The notes beneath the pieces are model-generated. The model was given only the letters and a program-made list of their open reading frames with translations. It did not search any database and was not told the DNA's origin. The translations under genes and the position numbers were made by a program. Positions 32,914-43,089 of a DNA stretch of 64,000 nt are shown here, piece after piece; the first letter of the stretch is position 1; each line of letters opens with the position of its first letter. The stretch comes from Vulcanimicrobiota bacterium (lineage in GTDB: Bacteria > Vulcanimicrobiota > Vulcanimicrobiia > Vulcanimicrobiales > Vulcanimicrobiaceae): the NCBI GenBank assembly GCA_963833095.1, contig CAWHWQ010000002.1:96001-160000 (forward strand), read 5' to 3'.

Positions 32914-34230
32914 TTACGCGAGGTTGACGCGCTTGCCGCCCAGCAGCGTGAGCGCCGGCGCCTTTTCCATAAGCGACATGTCGCGCGTCGGATCGCCGTT
33001 GAAGGCGACGACGTCGGCCCGCTTTCCCGGCGCGAGCTTGCCGCGGTCGCTGACGCCGATCAACTCGGCCGCGCCCGATGTCGCGGAACGAAGCACGTCG
33101 GTTGGGCGCATGCCCATGTGCACGAGCAATGCGAAATCCTTGTTGTTTTCCTGATGCGGGAAGACGCCGGCATCGGTACCGTAGACGATGGTCACGCTCG
33201 ATGCGACCGCGCGCAGCATCCCCTCGTTGCGCACCGTCGCGGCATACTCGGCCTTTTGCACCGAACCCGGCGGAATGTGCATCGGGTTGCCCGGCTGCAG
33301 AATCGAGTCGAGCGCCCAGATCGTCGGCACTAACGCCGTGCCGCGCTGCTGCATGTTCTTCAAGGTTGCTTCGCTCACACCGGTGCAGTGTTCAACGGAA
33401 TGCACGCCGCCTTCGACCGCGATCGAAATGCCTTTGTCGCCGTGACAGTGCGCCGCAACTTTGCGATTAAATTTGGTTGATTCGTCGACCACCGCTTGAA
33501 TCTCGTCGAGATTCATCTGCGGAATGTCCCACACGTCGCCGTAGCTGAGCACGCCGCCGGTCGCAAGAATTTTCACCAGATCCGTGTGACGCTTGACGTG
33601 TTCACGCACCACTTCGCGGAAGCCGTACGGTCCATAGGATACGGCGCTTTCGATCGTCGTCTCTTCGGTGACGAAGTCGGGCATATCGTTGGTATCACCG
33701 TGGCCGCCGGTAATTGAAAGCGCCGGCCCCGCCGCGAAGATCTGCGGACCCGAGTAGACGCCTTCGTTGATCGCGTCGCGCACGGCGAGATCGATGCCCC
33801 AGCCGCCACCGACGTCGCGCAGCGTGGTAAACCCGTTGGCCAACATCTTCTGTGCGTTGTGCATGCCGTAGATCGCGGCTTCGCCGACGTTGTCTTCGGC
33901 GCGTCCCGGGCTTACCAAATAGTGCGAGGTGACGATGAACGGTGCGACGTGCGTGTGGCAGTCGATCAAACCTGGCATCAAGGTAGCATCGCCAAGATCG
34001 ATCACGTGCGCATCGGCGCCGGCATCGCCGGCACTCATCGACACGATGCGATCGCCCTTGATCACCACCAGGCCCGGCGTACGCATCGTCACGCCGTCGA
34101 ACATCCGCGCCGATTTGAGCACGGTCACATCGTTCGCCGCCGCGCGCGCGCGCCACGGAATCAGCGTCGCCGCAGTTGCTGCGGCCGCGCCGGCGATAAA
34201 CGCGCGGCGGCCAAGCGACAACTTCGCCAT
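32914..34230 (-). CDS. Tat-exported metal-dependent amidohydrolase (Xaa-Pro dipeptidase-like)
   Basis: GRRAFI Tat motif; PGLIDCHTH, KILATGG, AHCHG, GTDAG. Confidence 0.88.
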   Translation of the reverse strand: MAKLSLGRRAFIAGAAAATAATLIPWRARAAANDVTVLKSARMFDGVTMRTPGLVVIKGDRIVSMSAGDAGADAHVIDLGDATLMPGLIDCHTHVAPFIVTSHYLVSPGRAEDNVGEAAIYGMHNAQKMLANGFTTLRDVGGGWGIDLAVRDAINEGVYSGPQIFAAGPALSITGGHGDTNDMPDFVTEETTIESAVSYGPYGFREVVREHVKRHTDLVKILATGGVLSYGDVWDIPQMNLDEIQAVVDESTKFNRKVAAHCHGDKGISIAVEGGVHSVEHCTGVSEATLKNMQQRGTALVPTIWALDSILQPGNPMHIPPGSVQKAEYAATVRNEGMLRAVASSVTIVYGTDAGVFPHQENNKDFALLVHMGMRPTDVLRSATSGAAELIGVSDRGKLAPGKRADVVAFNGDPTRDMSLMEKAPALTLLGGKRVNLA

Positions 34231-34290
34231 GTCAAAGGCGCGTTGAGAAAATCCGCTATGCGGGCAACGGCAATCGAAGTGTTCCATCAG

Positions 34291-35226
34291 TTACGCAACA
34301 TCTCTCACGTCGCGACGCGCGAGCGCATACCCCACGAGCCGATCGACTAACGCTTCATAGGAAATTCCCACGGCCGCACACGCGTCGGGCACGAGGCTCG
34401 TTGCGGTAAGGCCGGGTAAGGTATTTATCTCCAAAATCTGTGGGCGGCCCTCTTTGGTCACGATGAAATCGGTGCGCGAGTAATCGCGCAGCCCAAGCAG
34501 ACGGTGTACCGACAACGCAATCATCTGCAACCGCGCGGCGAGATCTTCGTCGATCCGCGCCGGCACGATGTGCGTGCTGCCGCCGGGCGCATATTTTGCA
34601 TCGAAGGTATAGAATTCATCGGCGTTTGGAATGATTTCGATAACCGGAAGCGCTTCTTCGCCCAGAATCGCGACGGTGAACTCGCGTCCGTCCAAATATT
34701 CCTCAGCCATGATCTGCGAATACGTCTTGGCTGCCGCAAGCATGGCACTGGTCCACTGTTCGTGCGTTTTCACGATCGCAACGCCGAGCGCGCTTCCTTC
34801 AAAGCGCGGCTTGATCACCAGCGGCAGATCCAGCGAGCCGGGCAAGAGCGGCAGCGTGCCGCCCGAGAGATCGAAGACGTCCCACGCCGCCGTCGGGAGG
34901 CCTTCGGCGGCGAGCAGCTTCTTGGTGAGATGCTTATCCATCGCAAGCGCCGCGGCTTCCACGCCGCTGCCGGTGTACGGAATGCCCAAGAAATCGAGCA
35001 GCGCCTGCACGTGTCCGTCTTCGCCGCCCGGTCCGTGCAACGCGTTGAAGACCACGTCGGGCGCAATCTCGCGAATCGCATCGAGAAAGCGTTGATCGTA
35101 ATCGAGCGATTGCGCGTCATAGCCGAGCGCTTGAAGCGCGCGCATGACGCCGGACCCGGTGCGAATCGAGATCTCGCGTTCCGCGCTCGATCCACCCATA
35201 ACGACTGCTACTCTAGCGTTCTTCAT
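34291..35226 (-). CDS. ddl: D-alanine--D-alanine ligase
   Basis: GGSSAEREIS, LHGPGGEDG, LEINTLPG. Confidence 0.95.
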   Translation of the reverse strand: MKNARVAVVMGGSSAEREISIRTGSGVMRALQALGYDAQSLDYDQRFLDAIREIAPDVVFNALHGPGGEDGHVQALLDFLGIPYTGSGVEAAALAMDKHLTKKLLAAEGLPTAAWDVFDLSGGTLPLLPGSLDLPLVIKPRFEGSALGVAIVKTHEQWTSAMLAAAKTYSQIMAEEYLDGREFTVAILGEEALPVIEIIPNADEFYTFDAKYAPGGSTHIVPARIDEDLAARLQMIALSVHRLLGLRDYSRTDFIVTKEGRPQILEINTLPGLTATSLVPDACAAVGISYEALVDRLVGYALARRDVRDVA

Positions 35227-36172
35227 CGATAAATACACCGACCAAGTGAACTTCCAATTGCAATTCCACGCCGAATTTCTCGAACACCGATCGGCGAACG
35301 CGAGCCAGGAGCGTCGCGACGTCCTTGGCGCTGGCCCCTCCGACGTTATTGATGAAGTTGGCGTGGAGCGTGGAGACTTCCGCGCCACCGGCCCGCCATC
35401 CCTTAGCCCCGGCCGCTTCGATTAGGCGCGCGGCCTTATCGCCGGGCGGATTGCGAAAACAGGAGCCGGCGTTAGGCAGCGCAACCGGTTGTGTGCTCTT
35501 GCGGCGAACCAAGCGCGCCTGCATCTCTTCGCGTACGTCCTTAGGATCGCCGCGCTCGAACGTCAGGTGCACGCGCGCGACGATCGCATCGCGCGCCAGC
35601 GTGGTCTGCCGGTAGTAGTACTGTACGGCAATCGCATGCGGCTTGGGCTTGGCCGGACTTTGCACCAGAATCTCACTGACGAACTCGCCCATCTCGCGAT
35701 CGGTCCCGGCGTTCATGCGCAGCGATCCGCCGACCGTTCCGGGGATACCGGCAAGCGAGCCGATCCCGATCGCGCCGAGCGACGCCGCGCGCGCCGTCAC
35801 CGTTTCCATCTTCGCGGAAGCACCGGCGTCCACGAAAACGCGTTCGCCTTCGATCCGCGCTTCAACCGACGTAAACGCGCCGCCCAAGCGCAGCACGATG
35901 CCGCGCAACCCGCCGTCACCTACCAGCACGTTGCTGCCGCTGCCGAGCACAAACCACGGCAGTTTGCGTTTGAAACACAACGCCATGACCGCGGCGACTT
36001 CATCTTCGCGCTCGGCGGTGGCAAATGCGTCGGCGGGTCCGCCGACTTTCCACGAGGTATACGGCGCGAGCGGCTCATCGAAGCGTACGCGATCGCCGAA
36101 CGTCTCGAGCAGCGCCGCCCGATCTTCAATCGTGAGCAGCGACGCGATCGCGAGATCGTTCGTGAGGCTCAC
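35213..36172 (-). CDS. murB: UDP-N-acetylenolpyruvoylglucosamine reductase
   Basis: VGGPAD, GSGSN, GIPGTVGG..MNAG, NAGSCFRNP, HANF. Confidence 0.95.
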   Translation of the reverse strand: MSLTNDLAIASLLTIEDRAALLETFGDRVRFDEPLAPYTSWKVGGPADAFATAEREDEVAAVMALCFKRKLPWFVLGSGSNVLVGDGGLRGIVLRLGGAFTSVEARIEGERVFVDAGASAKMETVTARAASLGAIGIGSLAGIPGTVGGSLRMNAGTDREMGEFVSEILVQSPAKPKPHAIAVQYYYRQTTLARDAIVARVHLTFERGDPKDVREEMQARLVRRKSTQPVALPNAGSCFRNPPGDKAARLIEAAGAKGWRAGGAEVSTLHANFINNVGGASAKDVATLLARVRRSVFEKFGVELQLEVHLVGVFIDEER

Positions 36173-37569
36173 GAAACTTTGATGTCGGCCTGGTTCGCGC
36201 GTTGGGCGAGGCGGGCCGCGACCTCGGTGATGTTGCCGGCGCCGAGCATCAGCACCAGCGCTCCGCGCGGCGCTTCCTCGAAAAGGCGGTCTTCCAACTC
36301 GTCGACCCGCGTCACGTAGGTAACGCGCGCACCCAACGCGGCGAGCGGTTCGCCGATCGAGCGCTCCGACACGCCGGGAATCGGCGGTTCGGACGCGGCG
36401 TAGATCGGCGCGAGATAGACGCGATCGGCGCCCTTGAGCGAATCGGCAAAATCGCGCGCGAGATACGCGGTTCGCGAGTAACGGTGCGGCTGAAATGCCA
36501 CGATCACCGGGCCGCGGTGATACTGCCGCGCAGCGGCGATGGTGGCACGGATGGCCGTCGGATGATGCGCGTAGTCGTCGACGAGCACCATGCGATCGGT
36601 GCGCACGAGGATATCGAAACGCCGGCGCACACCGCGAAACGCGCTCAGTCCCTGCGCGATGCGCGCAAACGGAATCTCGAGCTCGCGCGCGGTGGCAATT
36701 GCGGCCAGCGCATTCTGCACGTTGATTGCGCCAGGCACGTTGAGTTCTATCGTTCCTAGGCACACGTCGCCAACGATGACGTCGAACGACATCCCGAGGC
36801 CCTGCGAGCGCACGTTACCGGCGCGCACGCCGGCACGCGGACCGAATCCGAAGGACACCGTGCGCACACGGCGCTCGCGTTCGACCAACGAGGCGGCGAG
36901 CGGATCGTCGACGCCGACGATCGCACAACCGTCCTCGGGCAGCTTGCGCAGAAATTCTTCAAAGGCGCGCACGAGCTGGGGCAGTTCGTCGTCGCTCTGC
37001 AGATGATCGTTCTCGATGTTGGTAACGATCGCGATCTTGGGATCGAGCAACGCAAACGAGCCGTCGGACTCGTCGGCTTCGGTCACAAACCAGGGCGAGC
37101 GGCCGTCGCACGCGTTGGTCCCAAGCGAACCGTCGATACCGCCGAGCACGAGGCTCGCATCGATATCGCCCGCCCGAAGGACCGCTGCGATCATCGCCGT
37201 CGTGGTCGTTTTGCCGTGCGTTCCGCAGATCGCAATGCCGCTGCGATTGCGCAGCAGCTCGGCCAGCATCTCACCACGATGCAGCAGCGGAATGTTGCGC
37301 CGTTGCGCCGCCACATACTCTGGGTTGCGCCGATCGATCGCCGAGCTGACGATCACGGTGTGCGCGCGATCGAGGTTGGCGGCGTCGTGTCCGATCGTTA
37401 CCTCGGCGCCTTCTTCGCGCAAGCGCGCGATCAACACGGTTTCTTTGACGTCGGAGCCCGAAACGCACTGGCCGCGCGCAAGCAAAATCCGCGCGATCGC
37501 GCTCATGCCGATCCCGCCGATGCCCACGAAATGCCAGGTTTTTGCGCCTTGCTCGCTTACCGAGGTCAC
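36169..37569 (-). CDS. murC: UDP-N-acetylmuramate--L-alanine ligase
   Basis: GIGGIGMS, GTHGKTTT, EADESD, DDYAHHP. Confidence 0.97.
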   Translation of the reverse strand: MTSVSEQGAKTWHFVGIGGIGMSAIARILLARGQCVSGSDVKETVLIARLREEGAEVTIGHDAANLDRAHTVIVSSAIDRRNPEYVAAQRRNIPLLHRGEMLAELLRNRSGIAICGTHGKTTTTAMIAAVLRAGDIDASLVLGGIDGSLGTNACDGRSPWFVTEADESDGSFALLDPKIAIVTNIENDHLQSDDELPQLVRAFEEFLRKLPEDGCAIVGVDDPLAASLVERERRVRTVSFGFGPRAGVRAGNVRSQGLGMSFDVIVGDVCLGTIELNVPGAINVQNALAAIATARELEIPFARIAQGLSAFRGVRRRFDILVRTDRMVLVDDYAHHPTAIRATIAAARQYHRGPVIVAFQPHRYSRTAYLARDFADSLKGADRVYLAPIYAASEPPIPGVSERSIGEPLAALGARVTYVTRVDELEDRLFEEAPRGALVLMLGAGNITEVAARLAQRANQADIKVS

Positions 37570-38663
37570 ATGCGATTCTTCCGCGTCGTAAGCGCATCGA
37601 CCCGGGCGAGAATTGTCGTAACGGGATCGATTGTGCGAGCGCGCTCGGCTGCTGCGCGCAGATCCGCGAGACGACTGGGCTGCGTCACCTCGGCCAGAAT
37701 CCCGCGTAGCTTGCCGGCGATCAGCTCGCGATCGTCAACCACCACGGCCGCGCCCGCTCGCGCGACGGTGGCCGCGTTGGCGCGCTGGTGATCCTCGGCC
37801 GCGAACGGGTAGGGCACGAGAATCGCCGGGCGACCGGTGGCCGCCAGCTCGCCCAGCGTCGAGGCGCCCGCGCGCGCGAGCACCAGATCCGCCGCCGCAT
37901 AGGCGTCCCCCACATCGTTTAGATAAGCGCGAAGGGCGCCGCCGTTGTCACCCTGCGTGTGCCGGAGGGCTGCCTTCACTCGGTCGTACTCGTTTTCGCC
38001 GGTCACGTGGATCAGTTGCCAGCCTTCGGGCAAGCCGTCACTCTGGAGCAACGAGGTCAACGCGTCGTTGATCGAACGCGCTCCTTGGCTGCCGCCCATG
38101 GCAAGCAGCGTATTGCGTTTCGACGAGAGTCCCAAGCGCTCGATTGCCGCATCGCGTGACGGTAAGGTGCGTAGCGAGGCGCGCACCGGAATGCCGGTCT
38201 GCACGTACTTGCCGGCAAACCGCGGATCACCGCCGGGGAACGCGCCCCACACTTCGTCGACCAGCGGCGCCAGCAGCCGGTTGGTGAGGCCCGGACGCGC
38301 ATTGGGTTCGAGCAACGCGATCTTGGCGTGGATGCGTTTGAATTGACGCAGGATGCGCGCGGCAAGCACGACCGGCAGCGCGACATAGCCTCCAGTTGCG
38401 ATCACGATGTCGGGCTTGAGGCGGGGCAGCACGTTCAGCGCTTGAACGATGCCGGCGAGATTGACGTAGGCGCGTTTCGCGGGCGCACTCTTTACCGTGA
38501 TCAGCGGATAGCCGGCGTTCGGCACGATGGTTGCTTCAAGGCGATCGGCCGCACCGATGAAGGTGACGTTGGCGCGTTCGCCCAGCGCCTGCGCGATCGC
38601 TATGGCCGGATAGAGATGACCGCCGGTGCCGCCGCCGGTAAAGACGACGTTTAATCGATCCAT
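37566..38663 (-). CDS. murG: Lipid II GlcNAc transferase
   Basis: GGGTGGHLYP, GGSQGA, RAGAST, HQRANA. Confidence 0.96.
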   Translation of the reverse strand: MDRLNVVFTGGGTGGHLYPAIAIAQALGERANVTFIGAADRLEATIVPNAGYPLITVKSAPAKRAYVNLAGIVQALNVLPRLKPDIVIATGGYVALPVVLAARILRQFKRIHAKIALLEPNARPGLTNRLLAPLVDEVWGAFPGGDPRFAGKYVQTGIPVRASLRTLPSRDAAIERLGLSSKRNTLLAMGGSQGARSINDALTSLLQSDGLPEGWQLIHVTGENEYDRVKAALRHTQGDNGGALRAYLNDVGDAYAAADLVLARAGASTLGELAATGRPAILVPYPFAAEDHQRANAATVARAGAAVVVDDRELIAGKLRGILAEVTQPSRLADLRAAAERARTIDPVTTILARVDALTTRKNRM

Positions 38664-39601
38664 TCGATGTCTCGCGCGTGGCCGGTGCTCGAGGCAATCA
38701 GTTGCTCATTGCCGCCCGGCCAGACGCGCAAACGCGTTTGGTAGCGGCGCGTCGGGTGATCGAATTCCATGCGCAGCCAGGCAAACGGACTTTGCCCAGT
38801 GGCTTGCTCCCCGATTGCTTGGATGGTTCCGGAAAGCCGCGCGCGATCGTCTTTCGAAAGGTGATCCGCCACCACCGACTGCATCACGACGGTCGCATAG
38901 CCGGTTTTCGGTTCGACACGATGCGACAGCCATTCAAACATATCGGCTTGTTCGACCACGAGCGGGAGGTTGCGCGCGGCGTCAATTGCCTCGTGAAGCC
39001 GCGCGATGCGTTCGGCGTCGTCAGCCCACACGAACGAGAGCAAGCGCAGCCGATCTTTTTCGTCGTTGATATCGAGCGGGTGCAGATCGCACGCCGCGCG
39101 TTCTGCGATAACGCCATCCTCGCCGCACAGGCGCGTGTTCAGTCCCGCGCTTGCACCAATTTCGAATAGCCGCAAAGGCAGACCGGTGTTTCGTGCAAAG
39201 GCCGAGAGCCCGGCGGACAGCACGGTCCCGCGCAGGACCTCATTCGTCTGCGGCGTCTCGTCGAAGAGCTCGCCGATGCGCTCCTCGCGCGAGGCGAGCA
39301 GTTCTTGCGCGAGTTCCCAAATTGCCTCGGCATCGCCGTCGCCGCCGCACGACGGAAACCGAGCTGCCAACTCCGGCGATTCGCCGCTGAGCGCGAGAAA
39401 GTGCAGCGCGCCCATTAGGCGCACGCCCGGCGTCGACGCCGCCGCGCGCGACGGCACGTCGGTAAAGAAGTCGTGAACGACACCGCGCGCGCGGTAGTCG
39501 TCCAGCGCGAGTTGCGCGACCCGCGCATAGAGCGGGGAGCCCATGACGGCGAACGCTTCGATTTGCTGTTCGAAGCGCCGTACGACCGGATCGGCGATCA
39601 C
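38651..39601 (-). CDS. DUF2332-like protein (methyltransferase-like fold) inside the dcw operon
   Basis: GSPLY, PQTNEV.R, LFEIGASAGLN, LLSFVWAD, WLRME; GTG overlaps ftsW stop. Confidence 0.8.
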   Translation of the reverse strand: MIADPVVRRFEQQIEAFAVMGSPLYARVAQLALDDYRARGVVHDFFTDVPSRAAASTPGVRLMGALHFLALSGESPELAARFPSCGGDGDAEAIWELAQELLASREERIGELFDETPQTNEVLRGTVLSAGLSAFARNTGLPLRLFEIGASAGLNTRLCGEDGVIAERAACDLHPLDINDEKDRLRLLSFVWADDAERIARLHEAIDAARNLPLVVEQADMFEWLSHRVEPKTGYATVVMQSVVADHLSKDDRARLSGTIQAIGEQATGQSPFAWLRMEFDHPTRRYQTRLRVWPGGNEQLIASSTGHARDIEWID

Positions 39602-40746
39602 GTTTGCGCGAGGCGCTGTCCGCGACCGACGTTTGCGATCAGGGCGACCGCTACGAGGTTGACGATCAACGAGCTGCCGCCGAACGAAATGAACGGCAAC
39701 GGCACACCGGTGACCGGCCACGACGACGTCACGACGCCGATATTGACGAAGGCTTGAATCACCACGATCGACACGCAGCCGATCACCAAAAAGAAGCCGA
39801 ACCGATCCGGCGCCGCGATCGCGATCTTGATTGCGCGATAGCCGAACACGATGAAGAGCACGACGACTGCAAGCGCGCCGACCAGGCCCAGTTCTTCGCC
39901 CAGAATCGAAAAAATGAAATCGGTATATTGTTCGGGCAAATAAAAGAACTTCGCGCGCGAGTCGCCCAGGCCGACGCCGAAGAGGCCGCCGCTTCCAAGC
40001 GCCAACAGCGATTGCACGATGTGGAAGCCCGCGTTTTGCGGATCTTTCCACGGATTCAAGAAGGCAAAGACACGCGCACGCTTGTACGGGCTTGCCAGCA
40101 CTTCCACGATCACCGCCGGCGTGGTGGCAAGCAAGATCACGAAGAGGTGCGTGAGTCGCGCGCCTGCGGCAAAGAACATTGCGAAAGCGATCATCACCAG
40201 CAGGCTGGCGGTGCCCATGTCGGGTTCTTTGAGCACGAGTACGGCCATCAGCACAACCGGAATGCACAGCGGGAACAGGCCCCGGACCAGCGAGACGATG
40301 CGCTCGCCGCGCGAGGCCAGCATCGCTGCGAGATAGATCACCAGCGAGAGCTTGGCGAACTCCGACGGCTGAAACGAAAATGACGATGCGCCGACCCAGC
40401 GGCGCGCGCCGTTGACCGTGACGCCGACGTGCGGCACCAGCACCAGCACCAGCGAGATGAACGTTGCGACCAGCAAATACGGCGCCCAGCGTTTGAGCTG
40501 ATGGTAATCGAGTTTGTAAGCGCCAAAGGCTACGATCAACCCGACCACCAGCCACACCAGTTGTCGTTTGGCGTAGTAGGCGACGTCGTGATGTTCCAGA
40601 TACGCCGTCGCACTCGAGGCCGAAAAAATCATTACCAGACCAATGCCGACCAGCGACGCCACAGCAAAAAACAGTAGCGTGTCGGGCGGCGCAGCCGCGT
40701 ACGATCGGCGCGGATTCGTGCTCGCGCGGGCGTTCGCGTTAAGCAC
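39598..40746 (-). CDS. ftsW: SEDS peptidoglycan polymerase FtsW
   Basis: GARRW, QPSEFAK, EPDMGT, LPEQYTDF, GVPLPFISFGG. Confidence 0.96.
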   Translation of the reverse strand: MLNANARASTNPRRSYAAAPPDTLLFFAVASLVGIGLVMIFSASSATAYLEHHDVAYYAKRQLVWLVVGLIVAFGAYKLDYHQLKRWAPYLLVATFISLVLVLVPHVGVTVNGARRWVGASSFSFQPSEFAKLSLVIYLAAMLASRGERIVSLVRGLFPLCIPVVLMAVLVLKEPDMGTASLLVMIAFAMFFAAGARLTHLFVILLATTPAVIVEVLASPYKRARVFAFLNPWKDPQNAGFHIVQSLLALGSGGLFGVGLGDSRAKFFYLPEQYTDFIFSILGEELGLVGALAVVVLFIVFGYRAIKIAIAAPDRFGFFLVIGCVSIVVIQAFVNIGVVTSSWPVTGVPLPFISFGGSSLIVNLVAVALIANVGRGQRLAQT

Positions 40747-42133
40747 CAGCCGGCGCTCGCATAGCCTGCACGGCCGCGGTAAACTGTTCGCCGCGATCTT
40801 CGGCCGAACGGAACATATCGAACGACGCGCAGCCCGGAGAGAGCAGCACCGCGTCGCCCGGCACCGCAAGCTCGCGTGCCTTCTGCACGGCGTCGATCAT
40901 CGAGTCCGCGTGCACGATCTCGATGCCCAATGCGTGGGCTGCGATTTGGTCGGCCGCTTCGCCCATAACCACCAGCGCCTTAGCGCGTTGGCGAATCGCG
41001 ACGCCCATTTCAACGAAATCGGTGCCCTTCGAGCGCCCGCCCGCAATGAGCACGATCGGCCGCGCGTAGGCATGCAGCGCGGCTACCACGGAACCAGGAT
41101 TGGTCGACTTGGAATCGTCGACGTAGAGCACGCCGTCGATTTCGCCCGCGCTCTCGAGGCGATGCGGCATCGCGCGGAAACTCATCACCGCTTCGCGCAG
41201 CGCGGCGGTCTCGCACCCGACGACGTACGCTGCCAACAGCGCAGCCATCACGTTCTGCACGTTGTGCGCGCCGGCGAGCGGAATCTCGTCTTTGCGCATC
41301 ACTTTGACCGGGCGTGGATCGCCGCTGATCGGCGCGTAGACGATATCGTCGCCGTGCACGTAGATCGTCGCGTTGTCGTGGCGATCGGCGAGAGTGAACC
41401 AAAGCTGACGCGAGCGGATGTTGCGTTCGCTGGTGCTGACGTCGAGCGAGGTCACGCGCCCGTCGTCGAGGTTGCCCACGAAGAAATCGCCGAATGATTG
41501 ATTGGCGAAGATGCGGTACTTGGCTTCCGCGTACTCGTCCATCGAATGATAGCGATCCAGATGATCCGGCGCGACGTTGAGGAGCACGGCGACGCGTGGT
41601 TTGAACGCGCGAATCGTCTCGAGCTGGAAGGAGGAGACTTCAGCCACCACCCAATCAGTGGTGCGCGCGTCGATCACTTCGTCGATCAGCGGGTTGCCGA
41701 TGTTGCCGCCCACGCGCACGCCGCGTCCGCTGCAGCGCAGCATATGCCCGATCAATGCGGTGGTGGTCGATTTGCCTTTGGTGCCGGTGACGGCGATGAC
41801 CGGCGCCTTGCACAACCGGAAGGCGACTTCAATCTCGCCCAGCACCGGTACTGCGTGGTTTTGCACCGCGATCACTACCGCCGAGTTGAGCGGGACGCCG
41901 GGCGAGAGCACCGCCGACGTGAGCCCGCCGACGATCGGTTCGAGTTGATCCGGTGCGATGAAACGCGCGCCGGTCGCCTCGACGATATCGATCGCGTCTT
42001 GCAGCTCGCTCGCCGGCTTTTCGTCGGTAGCATAGACGGTCGCTCCGCGCGAACGCAACACGCGCACGCAGGCAAGGCCACTTTTACCGAGGCCAATGAC
42101 GAGAATCGTCTCGCGCGCATCAAAGGTCATCAT
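40739..42133 (-). CDS. murD: UDP-MurNAc-L-Ala--D-glutamate ligase
   Basis: GLGKSG, GTKGKSTT, EVSSFQL, DDSKSTN, SPGCASFD. Confidence 0.96.
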   Translation of the reverse strand: MMTFDARETILVIGLGKSGLACVRVLRSRGATVYATDEKPASELQDAIDIVEATGARFIAPDQLEPIVGGLTSAVLSPGVPLNSAVVIAVQNHAVPVLGEIEVAFRLCKAPVIAVTGTKGKSTTTALIGHMLRCSGRGVRVGGNIGNPLIDEVIDARTTDWVVAEVSSFQLETIRAFKPRVAVLLNVAPDHLDRYHSMDEYAEAKYRIFANQSFGDFFVGNLDDGRVTSLDVSTSERNIRSRQLWFTLADRHDNATIYVHGDDIVYAPISGDPRPVKVMRKDEIPLAGAHNVQNVMAALLAAYVVGCETAALREAVMSFRAMPHRLESAGEIDGVLYVDDSKSTNPGSVVAALHAYARPIVLIAGGRSKGTDFVEMGVAIRQRAKALVVMGEAADQIAAHALGIEIVHADSMIDAVQKARELAVPGDAVLLSPGCASFDMFRSAEDRGEQFTAAVQAMRAPAGA

Positions 42134-43089
42134 CGTACGAGAAACCATCCGGCTGCGGAGAGCACGAGCGAAGCGGTCCAAAAACGTGCCGTGACCTTGG
42201 TCTCGGGCCAACCACCGAGTTCGAAGTGGTGATGCAGCGGGCTCATGCGAAAAATGCGCTTGCCGCCCGTTGCTTTGAAATAGCCGACTTGCATGATCAC
42301 TGAAAGAGCTTCGGCCACAAACACGCCGCCGATGAGGATCAAGAGCAGCATCTCGCCTTCCAGAATAGCGATGCCGGAAAGCAAGGCGCCCAACGCAAGC
42401 GAGCCGGTGTCACCCATGAAGATTTTTGCGGGATGCCGATTGTACACGAGAAAGCCGAAACACGCGCCGATACCGATGAGTGCAGCATAGGCCGGCACGA
42501 GCAGGTCCATCGAAAATCCGACCGCCGCGAAGACGACGAGCGGCGGAATCATCGTCCCGGTCGCGAGGCCGTCGAGCCCGTCGGTAAGATTGACGGCGTG
42601 GATCGTCCCCGTGACCGCCAGGATGCCGAGCACGAGCCACAGCCAGTGCGGCACAAGTAACGCATACGTACCGGCGTGGAAGATCACGTCGCGCGGATAG
42701 ATCGCGGTGGTCGCGTCGATCATGCGCAGGAAAATGATGGCGACCAGTGCCGTTGCAAGCAACTTTGTGCGCGCGCGCAAACCTTGGTTGCGCCCGCGCG
42801 TGATCCCGAGCATATCGTCGGCGAAGCCGATGGCGCCACAGGCGAGCACGAGAAAGACGATCGGCGCGGCAAACGGCGCCGAGGGATTCACGAGCAAGAA
42901 CAGCATGGGTACGAGGAAGGCGATGCCGCCCATCGTGGGCGTGCCCGTCTTGGTTTGGTGCGACGCCGGCGCATCTTCATAGGCGTGCTGAGCAAGCTGC
43001 ATACGCCGCAGCAGCGGTAGCAGCAGACCGGCAACCGCCAGGGAGAACACGAACCCGATGCCACAGAAGATCGCGATCGTCGCTAACAT
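42130..43089 (-). CDS. mraY: Phospho-MurNAc-pentapeptide transferase
   Basis: KTGTPTMGG, NLTDGLDGL, FMGDTGS, PLHHHFE. Confidence 0.97.
   Translation of the reverse strand: MLATIAIFCGIGFVFSLAVAGLLLPLLRRMQLAQHAYEDAPASHQTKTGTPTMGGIAFLVPMLFLLVNPSAPFAAPIVFLVLACGAIGFADDMLGITRGRNQGLRARTKLLATALVAIIFLRMIDATTAIYPRDVIFHAGTYALLVPHWLWLVLGILAVTGTIHAVNLTDGLDGLATGTMIPPLVVFAAVGFSMDLLVPAYAALIGIGACFGFLVYNRHPAKIFMGDTGSLALGALLSGIAILEGEMLLLILIGGVFVAEALSVIMQVGYFKATGGKRIFRMSPLHHHFELGGWPETKVTARFWTASLVLSAAGWFLVR

Noticed and set aside
39602..40555. N-terminal extension of the 634-aa ORF (apparent large fusion)
   Set aside because: Alternative frame of ftsW; the DUF2332-like protein starts at GTG 39601
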